The notes under the pieces: generated by a model
The model's input: the letters and a program-made list of their open reading frames with translations, nothing else
The model's database searches: none
What the model was told of the DNA's origin: nothing
Shown: positions 55,973 to 64,000 of the stretch, piece after piece
Numbering within the stretch: the first letter of the stretch is position 1
How the letters are laid out: every line of letters starts with the position of its first letter
Made by a program: the position numbers and the translations under genes
Assembly (NCBI GenBank): GCA_965218695.1
Contig: OZ244651.1
Location: 448,001-512,000 of the forward strand
Source of the DNA: Nitrosopumilus sp.
GTDB lineage: Archaea > Thermoproteota > Nitrososphaeria > Nitrososphaerales > Nitrosopumilaceae
Direction: 5' to 3'
Length of the DNA stretch: 64,000 nucleotides

Positions 55973-56982
55973 CCAACGCTGCCGCCATCGAGGCGCCCAC
56001 CGTGGGGATAATGCACGATGCGCGCGACGATTTACGGCACGCATCAGACGAACCATTTGATTTTGACGCAGAGTTTGAGGAATCCATGGCTGCAGGAGAC
56101 GTCATGAATGCCATAGAAGATCTGGGATTTCCCACGGTTCTGATAGGCAACACCGAGAGCTTGTTGAACGGGTTTTCAGAATACCGTAAGCAGGTCGACG
56201 TCGTGTTCAACGTCGTTAACGGAAAGATCAATCCAGTCAATCTGAGACAGGCACATGCCATATTGGAAGTTGGCGGGATTCCATACGTCGGCTCGACTCC
56301 AGAATCTCTCGCGATTGCCATGAACAAGATACAGGCCAAATACACAGCCACTGCATACCGTATCCGGACTCCGGAGTTTGCGGTGGTGTCGAACGTGGAC
56401 GACATGACGCAGGACGATATCCCGGAATACCCAGTGGTACTCAAACTTGAACGCGGACGGAGTCATATTGGAATCAACGAGAAATTCAAGATAGATAACT
56501 TTGGACAGTTAAAGCAGCATGTAGGATACATGATCAATACATACGGACAGGCCGTCTTGGTGGAGCGCTTCATCGAAGGCCGCGAGTTTGACGTGTCTAT
56601 TATTGGAGATGATGTGTTCGGCGTTACGGAAGTGACGATGAATGGCAAGCCAATGGGAAAAAACCACCTCATGTCAAGGATGGTGTACAAGGACGACTAC
56701 GGACTGGACGTGAAGAATGTAGACGGCGACTTTGCTGAATGCAAAAACATCGCGCTTGCAGCGCACAAATCATTGGGGTGCCGTGACTTTGGCAGGGCCG
56801 ATGTGAGGGTGGAGGGATCCACTGGCAAGCCATACTTTTTGGAGATAAACCCACATCCCTATATCGGCAAGCACGGTAGTTTCAACCACATAACGCGCAG
56901 CCGCGGGATGGAATACAAGGACATGCTTGGAACCATAATGAAAAGCGCACTGTCAAGACTCAACGCGCCGGTGGCAGCCTGA
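55969..56982 (+). CDS. ATP-grasp ligase (D-Ala-D-Ala ligase-like)
   Basis: IPYVGS, NK, VLK..S.GI, ERFIEGREF, RAD and LEINP motifs. Confidence 0.88.
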   Translation: MTNAAAIEAPTVGIMHDARDDLRHASDEPFDFDAEFEESMAAGDVMNAIEDLGFPTVLIGNTESLLNGFSEYRKQVDVVFNVVNGKINPVNLRQAHAILEVGGIPYVGSTPESLAIAMNKIQAKYTATAYRIRTPEFAVVSNVDDMTQDDIPEYPVVLKLERGRSHIGINEKFKIDNFGQLKQHVGYMINTYGQAVLVERFIEGREFDVSIIGDDVFGVTEVTMNGKPMGKNHLMSRMVYKDDYGLDVKNVDGDFAECKNIALAAHKSLGCRDFGRADVRVEGSTGKPYFLEINPHPYIGKHGSFNHITRSRGMEYKDMLGTIMKSALSRLNAPVAA

Positions 56983-57400
56983 TCATGATGAACCTGTCAG
57001 AATCATCGTAATAATGACCTACAGACAGTGCGTCTAGCACGAACCCGTGCTTCTTGTAGAACTCCACCAAGTACGGCCTATCTGTCTTGACGTCCAGTAT
57101 CATGGTGTCCTGCGTGGCCAACTCCTTCATCTTTTCCATAAGTTTGTCAGCTATGCCGAGTCGCCTGTATGCCGGATCCACGAACAATGAGTTCAGGTAC
57201 CACTTTCCCTCGAACGTCGGCATCGAGACCAGCCCGCCGACTATCTTTTTGTCATGCACCGCCTTGAGGCAGCACTGGTACTGCAGTATCGGCACCCAGT
57301 AGTATGTCGTGTCCTCGTTGTCTTCGTCCATATCGAAGCACTTGGCCTCGAGTCGGTAGAATTCCTGCGCGTCTGACCTGCCGGCTCTCGATATTTCCAT
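56960..57400 (-). CDS. GNAT N-acetyltransferase
   Basis: VDPAYRRLGIA and FYKKHGF motifs; TAATG coupling to the DUF5131 stop. Confidence 0.85.
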   Translation of the reverse strand: MEISRAGRSDAQEFYRLEAKCFDMDEDNEDTTYYWVPILQYQCCLKAVHDKKIVGGLVSMPTFEGKWYLNSLFVDPAYRRLGIADKLMEKMKELATQDTMILDVKTDRPYLVEFYKKHGFVLDALSVGHYYDDSDRFIMIRLPPAR

Positions 57401-59348
57401 TACTTGCGCTCCAGGTACGCCAGGATCTTGTCCCGGTCTGTGTCCGGCTTTTTGTCCGGGTACCCGTCGTACGTGCGCCCGTTGATGGTGCGGCCGCCGG
57501 ACTTTGGGCGCTGCCCGCCCCATTGCTTGAAGAACACCGCCACGCCCTGCGCGTTGCACTGGTCGATTAGCTCCTGTATCCATTCCTCCTTGACCGGCCT
57601 GTGCCCTGGACCACTCTCCCCGCCGATAATGGCCCAGTCAATCCCGGCTAAGTCAACCTGGCCGACCGGCCCTATGAGGGGTTCGAAACTGACGAACCTC
57701 ATGCCGCACCTGACTTTTCTCAAGTCGTCTATGCGTGACGCCACCATGGAGTCCTCGACGCTGGTTCCCATCCAGACGTGGTTTGGTATCTGAGACATCA
57801 TCCGTAATTGGGCATAATCACGAGATTGGACGCATTGCAGGACAAATCTGGCTGACTGCATGGAATTGCATGTCAATTCGAACTTGCCCGATGATCAAAA
57901 CTATACGTCAGCCGTGTTTTATTCTGATTGCCAATGTCAAAGCATGTCATTATACGACAGATTAGCAAAAAAGCCCAAACTGTTCATCCGGTGCACTGGA
58001 CTGACAGTCTCCGAATTTAATTTGGTGGCAGGGCGGCTGGCAAAAAAATACCCCAAGGCAGAGCAAAAGCGACTCGCCAAAAGAAGCAGGGTGCGCGGCA
58101 TTGGTGCCGGACGCAGGTGGAAACTGGATCTGAAAAACAGGTTTCTTCTGGTCCTGTTTTATTACAGGACATACGCTACGCAGGATCTTCTTGCCCTGAC
58201 GTTCCATGTGGGTCAGGCCAGTGTGTCCCGCAGCATGGGGGCACTGGAGCCGTCGATCCGGCAGTGCGTTCCGCTTCCGTCAAAGATCTACGCCAACATC
58301 AAGGCCACCAAGACGCTTGACGATCTTGAGGAGATCATTCCGGGCCTGACTGCCCTGATTGATGCCTCAGAGCAGCAGATACAACGTCCCGGACGCAAGG
58401 ACATGGAACGGTCCCACTACTCGGGCAAGGCACACAGGCACACGTCCAAGATCCAGTACACGTCGGCCACAGATGGCCTCATCATTCACAAGACCCGGCA
58501 TTCCCCGGGCAGGATCCACGACTTTGCAGTATTCAAGAAGAAACACCCGACATTCCCTGACAACCTTCCACGCAAGGACGGGAGCAAGGACAAGGAAAGG
58601 ATCAAAGTCAGAGAGATCCTGGACAACGGATACCAGGGGATCAACAAAGAATTTCCTGACCGGGATGCAGTAGTGCCGTACAAGAAGCAAAAAGGCGCAG
58701 AATTGTCCCCCGAGCAGAAGGAATTCAACAAAAAGCACTCAAAGGCACGGGTGTATGTGGAGCACGCCATCCGCAGGGTCAAACGGTTTCGCATAATGAG
58801 CGGTGTCTACCGAAACCGCCTGAAAAAATACGACACCGTCAATGACATCGTCTGCGGATTTGCCAACCTCAGGGTTCTCCTAGTCCGGGAAGCAACCTGA
58901 TAGGAGTCAAAAAACCTACACAGTATAGGAAAATATGTACAATTTCTAATTACGGATTATGTCTCTGGAACCCCGTGAACTTGGCAAACATCCCGGAGAA
59001 CTCGGCCATTCTCTTGGGGCGCTTCGTCAGTATCTGGTATACGTGGTGGTCTGCCCTCAGCATGACGTCGAAACACCGTGCCACAAACTCCATCTGCGCT
59101 TCCTCGTGGAACAGATCAGACATGCTGTTGACGAATATCTTCTGCGGCTTTTTCCATTTCAGCGGAATGCCGACGTCGTCAGGGTGCTGCGTGAACTTGA
59201 AGATGTTGCGGTATTTTTTCTTCCCCCATGCAAACAGGCGCTTTGACACGGTTTCAGCATAGCAGTTCTTGCAGCCTGCAGACACTTTGGTGCAGCCCGT
59301 CGTGGGGCTCCACGTCTTGTCCGTCCATTCGATTGCTGAATCTGTCAT
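57400..59348 (-). pseudogene. DUF5131 (phage Gp37/Gp68-like, radical-SAM-like) gene split by IS
   Basis: IEWTD..GCTKVSAGCKNCYA, NSMSDLFH, LTKR | VWMGTSVE, SFEPL, GGESG, FFKQWG; rejoins in frame as GFQIPNHVW. Confidence 0.9.
57793..58964 (+). mobile_element. IS5-family (DDE_Tnp_4-type) element (transposase 57944-58900)
   Basis: TIR AGACATCATCCGTAATT; 3-bp TSD CTG; IDASEQ, YSGK, LDNGYQG and RVYVEH motifs. Confidence 0.9.
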
Positions 59349-59390
59349 GTCGTTCTTGGACGGTTTTGATTTAAGGTTGCCATAGTGTGG

Positions 59391-59787
59391 TTAGTCCGCA
59401 CGCGTTGTAGGTACGGCAAAAATGGTATTCCTTATCATGTCAGCGGCCTGCCAAAGCGAGGTTATCCTGTATTCCGCGTCGATGCTCTTGTTGTATGGCG
59501 CGTCAAACAGTATGCACGGCTTCCCGGCTTCTTCAAAAGCCTGAAAATTTACAGGAGAGTCATCTATGAATATGTCGTAGTCGAGTTTTGCCTTGTCGCC
59601 GCCTGCCCGTACCTGGACCAGCCCGTCATATTCTATGCCGTGCAGTTTGAGCCATTTGGATTTCTGGTCGGGGAACCCCACCGTCACTATGTCGACGCGT
59701 CCCATTTTTCTGAGGTTTCGCACAATTGCTGCCTGTCCTGCCTCTACCGGCCTGATCTGGCCCCAGTGCCGCTCCCACGTGTTCCTG
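59391..59787 (-). pseudogene. 5'(3')-deoxyribonucleotidase (NT5C/HAD), N-terminally truncated
   Basis: DIVT, K, FIDDSP and LFDAPYN motifs; the DxD half is missing at the IS junction. Confidence 0.75.
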
Positions 59788-60960
59788 AGACATCATCCGT
59801 AATTGGGCATAACCACGCGATTAGACGCATTACCGGATTAAATCAGGCTGATTGCATGGAATTGCATGTCAATTCGAACTTGCCCGATGATCAAAACTAT
59901 ACGTCAGTCATGTTTTATTCTGATTTCCCGTCTCAAAGCATGTCATTATACGACAGATTGGCAAAAAAGCCCAATCTGTTCACCCGGTGCACTGGACTGA
60001 CAGTCTCCGAATTTGATTTGGTGGCAGGGCGGCTGGCAAAAAAATACCCCAAGGCAGAGCAAAGGCGACTCTCCAAAAGAAGCAGGGTGCGCGGCATGGG
60101 TGACGGACGCAGGTGGAAGCTGGATCTGAAAAACAGGTTTCTTCTGGTCCTGTTTTATTACAGGACATACGCCACGCAGGATCTTCTTGCCATGGTGTTT
60201 CAGATGGGCCAGGCTAGCGTGTCCCGCAGCATGGGGACACTGGAGCCGTCGATCCGGCAGTGCCTTCCGCTTCCATCAAAGATATACTTTGACATCAAGG
60301 CCACCAGGACGCTTGACGATCTTGAGGAGATCATTCCTGGCCTGACTGCCCTGATTGATGCCTCCGAGCAGCAGATACAACGTCCCGGACGCAAGGACAT
60401 GGAACGGTCCCACTACTCGGGCAAGGCACACAGGCACACGTCCAAGGTCCAGTACACGTCAGCCACGGACGGCCTCATCCTTCACAAGACCCGGCATTCC
60501 CCGGGCAGGATCCACGACTTTGCAGTATTCAAAAAGAGGCACCCGACGTTCCCTGAGAACCTTCCACGCAAGGACGGGGGCAGGGACAAGGAAAGAACCA
60601 AGGTCAGAGAGATCCTGGATGGCGGATACCAGGGGATCAACAAAGAATTTCCTGACCGGGATGCCGTAGTGCCGTACAAGAAGCAAAAAGGCGCAGAATT
60701 GTCCCCCGAGCAGAAGGAATTCAACAAAAAACACTCAAAGATGCGGGTGTATGTAGAGCATGCAATCCGCAGGGTCAAGCGGTTTCGCATCATGAGCGGC
60801 GTCTACAGAAATCGCCTGAAAAAGTACGACACCATCAATGACATCGTCTGTGGATTTGCCAACCTCAGGGTTCTCCTGGCTCGGGAAGCGGCAGGATAGG
60901 CAGCAAACAACCTACACAATATAGGATGATATGCACAATTTCTAATTACGGATTATGTCT
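59788..60960 (+). mobile_element. Second copy of the IS5/DDE_Tnp_4 element (transposase 59940-60899)
   Basis: Same TIRs; flanks CTG and CAG do not match. Confidence 0.9.
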
Positions 60961-60993
60961 CAGGCCCTTTTACGTCCGGCCGTCACGGAGTTC

Positions 60994-61152
60994 ATGGCAA
61001 ACTGTACCAAATGCGGCAAGCTCATTGCATGGCGCGACGGCAAGGTGTGCGACGACTGCGCGCGCAAGCATGGCATCTGCACCAACTGCGGGAAGAAGTG
61101 GGACGGCGCCCACACCATGTCGCTTACGTGCGACGGTTGCCCCGAACCATGA
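60994..61152 (+). CDS. Zn-finger microprotein (4x CxxC)
   Basis: CTKC, CDDC, CTNC, CDGC. Confidence 0.65.
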   Translation: MANCTKCGKLIAWRDGKVCDDCARKHGICTNCGKKWDGAHTMSLTCDGCPEP

Positions 61153-61232
61153 TGGATTAGTTCGTTCGGTGCGGCCGTGTCCGGTCTGACCAAAACCCGT
61201 TTCCCTTTTTACGTTGCCCAGACTTGCACTGC

Positions 61233-61451
61233 ATGGCATGCAAATACTGTGGCGGATCAGTCGAACGCTCCGGCAACCTGATGTGCAGGAAGTGCAGCGA
61301 CAAGAAAAACACCTGCATGCGCTGCGGGAAGGAACCGTATTACCGCGGACACGGCAGTTCGTACTACGGAGAACGGTGTATGCGTGGGTTGTTTGGCAAG
61401 TGCGGCAAGTGCGGCGCAACGTGGTGCAGGCACCGCGAGTTCGGCTCATGA
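61233..61451 (+). CDS. Zn-finger microprotein
   Basis: CKYC, CRKC, CMRC, CGKC. Confidence 0.65.
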   Translation: MACKYCGGSVERSGNLMCRKCSDKKNTCMRCGKEPYYRGHGSSYYGERCMRGLFGKCGKCGATWCRHREFGS

Positions 61452-61521
61452 CCCGCCAAACCGGCAACTGCAAGTACTTTTACGGCAAACAGTGCCGCGT
61501 TTTTGGAATGGAGATGTCAAA

Positions 61522-61689
61522 ATGAGGTTTGCCGTGTTGCTCAAGTGCGACAAATGCTCAAAAACCCACAGGCTGTTCGCGGCGTCAAGCAGCCCGCCAA
61601 AGGTCGGCGACATGCATAAAATGCACTTGTGTCCTGCATGCGGCGAATGTCGGATTTTTACGGTAAAGGGCGTGGACAAGTTGGGATAG
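61522..61689 (+). CDS. Zn-ribbon microprotein
   Basis: CDKC..CPAC; linked by ATGA overlaps via a 25-aa ORF at 61448-61525. Confidence 0.6.
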   Translation: MRFAVLLKCDKCSKTHRLFAASSSPPKVGDMHKMHLCPACGECRIFTVKGVDKLG

Positions 61690-61737
61690 GCTGTGCAAAA
61701 AAAAGAAAGCGAAGCGGTCCAAGACATTCGTTGACAA

Positions 61738-61874
61738 GGGCGCTATTAGGGGCGCTATTAGGGGCGCTATTAGGGGCGCTATTAGGGGCGCTATTAGGGG
61801 CGCTATTAGGGGCGCTATTAGGGGCGCTATTAGGGGCGCTATTAGGGGCGCTATTAGGGGCGCTATTAGGGGCG
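61738..61874. repeat. Perfect 12-bp tandem array (CGCTATTAGGGG)x11
   Basis: Counted directly: 11 full units at 61741-61872 plus partial flanks. Confidence 0.97.
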
Positions 61875-61897
61875 TGCAACACCCAGCCAGACTGCAG

Positions 61898-62470
61898 TCA
61901 GGCCGTACTGCCTGCCGGTTTGGAATAGCCAATGAACTTCGCCATCGTGCTCTTCGCCCACTTTAGTTTGTGTTTGGCCGGCATCTCTGCGGCATTGACC
62001 ACCCGGGTTGGCAGTATGACGTGTATTCCGACCATGTTCATGCAGTCGTCTTCAATGTGCCCGGCCATGTCATATTTCCCGTACCTGTGGAGGTCAAACA
62101 ACAGGTCGTCGGCCAAGTTGGTGATCATGCCGTCGATGTCGTGGGCGATCCACGTCTTTACCATATACCTGATGTATTGCTGCCTGCCGTTTCCAGGCAT
62201 GTCGGACGGATGGACCGTCAAGCCGTGCTCGAACCCGTACGGATAGTCTGGATCGCCGAGTTTCGGCAAAACGACGTCTGCAAAGACTTTGCAGTTCCCA
62301 AGCCACACGTGCGCGATGTCGCACCGGTACAGCCTCTCGGTTACCGCGTCGCACAATTCATCCAGATCAATCCTGTCGCTGGAATACCTGGCCGGCGCCG
62401 GAAAGTGCGACTTTGGCTGCTTCGCGAACGTGGGCACGATTACCGCACCGCTGTCATAGTCCACTAGCAT
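61898..62470 (-). CDS. Hypothetical protein
   Basis: 190-aa ORF divergent from the MTase across an AT-rich spacer. Confidence 0.6.
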   Translation of the reverse strand: MLVDYDSGAVIVPTFAKQPKSHFPAPARYSSDRIDLDELCDAVTERLYRCDIAHVWLGNCKVFADVVLPKLGDPDYPYGFEHGLTVHPSDMPGNGRQQYIRYMVKTWIAHDIDGMITNLADDLLFDLHRYGKYDMAGHIEDDCMNMVGIHVILPTRVVNAAEMPAKHKLKWAKSTMAKFIGYSKPAGSTA

Positions 62471-62527
62471 GGGTTACAGGTTAGTTTTCTTAATAAACGG
62501 CTTTTAACTGCACGGTGCGCTCAACGC

Positions 62528-63388
62528 ATGGAGCCGGACCAAATCGCCTGCGGGGACAACATAAACGTGCTGTCAAAGATTGGTGACGGCACGGTCGCTC
62601 TCACCACCACGTCACCGCCGTACAGGAACGCCATAGACTACGCGCAGCACGTGGCCGACCCGGAGCAGAATTACCGCGGGACGCTTGACGTGTCGGTGGA
62701 CGAGTACGTCAAGACGATGGGCAGGACGTTTGCCAAAATATACCGCGTGACCAAGCCGGGAGGGTATTGCTGCATCGTGATAGGCAACGAGACCAACCGC
62801 GGGACGCTGGAGCCGCTGCCGGCGTTGTTGGTGGCCAGGCTGAGAAACGACAATTGGTGCTTACATGAAGAAATAATCTGGCACAAGGTGACCGGCGGAA
62901 CCAACCGCGCGGGCAATTTTGTCAAGCGGCAGTACCCGTCGTATTATCGCGCCAACATCATGCATGAATCCATACTGGTGATGCGCAAGGGGGAAACCAG
63001 ACTGCGGCAGAAGAAGCGCGCCTTTGACGGGATCAACAAGGACATACTTTGGAAAGAGATAGCAAACTCCGTGTGGCATATCGCGCCAGTTCCCCCGGGG
63101 TTCCTGCAGCACCCGTGCCCGTTTCCCGAAGAGATCCCGTACAGGCTGATCAGTTTGTATTCTGATCCAGGTGATATCATCTTGGATCCGTTCAACGGAT
63201 CCGGCCAGGTAACAAAGGTAGCCAAGTACGCTGGAAGAAGATTTCTCGGGGTAGACATCCAGCAACAGTACGTGGATTACGCCATGTCGCGCCTGGACGA
63301 AAAGCCCCACATCCGCGACGAGTCCATAATGTTGGGATTCGAGGGTACCGGCATTCCAAAATGGGGAAAGGTGCCAACCACGGACTAG
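62528..63388 (+). CDS. Beta-class amino-DNA methyltransferase (m4C or m6A)
   Basis: TSPPY precedes HPCPFP and DPFNGSG. Confidence 0.92.
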   Translation: MEPDQIACGDNINVLSKIGDGTVALTTTSPPYRNAIDYAQHVADPEQNYRGTLDVSVDEYVKTMGRTFAKIYRVTKPGGYCCIVIGNETNRGTLEPLPALLVARLRNDNWCLHEEIIWHKVTGGTNRAGNFVKRQYPSYYRANIMHESILVMRKGETRLRQKKRAFDGINKDILWKEIANSVWHIAPVPPGFLQHPCPFPEEIPYRLISLYSDPGDIILDPFNGSGQVTKVAKYAGRRFLGVDIQQQYVDYAMSRLDEKPHIRDESIMLGFEGTGIPKWGKVPTTD

Positions 63389-63828
63389 CGTTTTTTGCCG
63401 AACCTGCATGTAACGCAGAAGATCTTCCCCGTCATACTATCTTGTACTATCGTGGTCGTGAGATCCAACCCGGTCTTGCATTTTGCGCAATGCAGCGTGC
63501 AGCGGTGCTCTCCGGCATCCAGGGAATCCTTGATGACGGACAGCATCGTTTTCCTGAGATCGCGCACGTTTCCTGCGGCCCCTTCGGCCAGCGCCTTGAA
63601 TGAGTCGCTGTCGTTGCAGACGTGGGAATACGCGCTGCACATGCCGTAGACCTGCGGCACCGACTGGTCGTCCATTTCCAAGACATGTTTGGAAAGCCAG
63701 TCGGCCCTGTCCTTGTCAGTCGTCTTGGCGCGTTCAGGATCAAGCACGTGGTACAGCAGCCGTATAATCAGGCCCATGCGGCACGCGCCCCGTTGTGTTG
63801 CTTCATGCCTGTCAGGAACGTTTTGCAT
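63385..63828 (-). CDS. Hypothetical protein with C-terminal Cys cluster
   Basis: CTLHCAKC..CVTC; start uncertain. Confidence 0.55.
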   Translation of the reverse strand: MQNVPDRHEATQRGACRMGLIIRLLYHVLDPERAKTTDKDRADWLSKHVLEMDDQSVPQVYGMCSAYSHVCNDSDSFKALAEGAAGNVRDLRKTMLSVIKDSLDAGEHRCTLHCAKCKTGLDLTTTIVQDSMTGKIFCVTCRFGKKR

Positions 63829-64000
63829 AAAAGATGTTACAAAACCTAACTTACAGCGAGTTTATAACAAACAAGGTCCAAGATTACGTGTTGCGTGGTA
63901 CTTTGTCTTTTTCAACGTGTGGCTGTTATCGACCTAAGAGGTTTTTTGGAACGGTTCGGGGAAACCGCCATGCCTTAATGAATATATATCGTATTTTCAG

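Noticed and set aside
59385-59939. N-terminal extension making a 504-aa transposase
   Set aside because: Runs outside the TIR and antisense to NT5C; comparison with copy 1 puts the start at 59940.
61738-61874. Possible CRISPR array
   Set aside because: Head-to-tail repeats without spacers; no cas genes.
61585-61932. ORFs with IAPL/GALL/APNS repeats
   Set aside because: Translations of the stop-poor 12-bp array; no independent coding evidence.

Overview
Archaeal DNA, most likely a GC-rich member of the Nitrosopumilaceae (Thaumarchaeota). Evidence: CdvA, FEN1, proteasome beta subunit, TrmI, long ThyX and Nitrosopumilus-type S-layer genes. About 4.8-18.9 kb and 26.9-31.2 kb are ordinary housekeeping genes. 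The rest is IS-rich: about 16 elements or remnants from IS110, IS630, IS5, IS66/ISBst12-like, ISH3, IS481 and IS1595, most with readable TIRs and TSDs, several nested or disrupting toxin or surface genes. Highlights: (1) at 1-258, the end of an IS110 element whose non-coding end folds into a bridge-RNA-like two-loop structure, with guides matching its own insertion site in an IS630; (2) two large S-layer genes in direct repeat, with near-identical ends, variable repeat-containing middles and a shared palindrome upstream of their TATA boxes, bracketing a tyrosine integrase and a divergent TFB-like/ParB-like/wHTH/prepilin-peptidase operon; (3) a virus/MGE-like region at 53-64 kb with an RNase H, a C33 initiator-type tRNA-Met, ATP-grasp/GNAT/DUF5131/nucleotidase genes, Zn-finger microproteins, an 11x12-bp TTAGGGG-containing array and an orphan DNA methyltransferase. 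No CRISPR array, rRNA or reverse transcriptase was seen. All calls come from reading the sequence by eye; no database searches were run.
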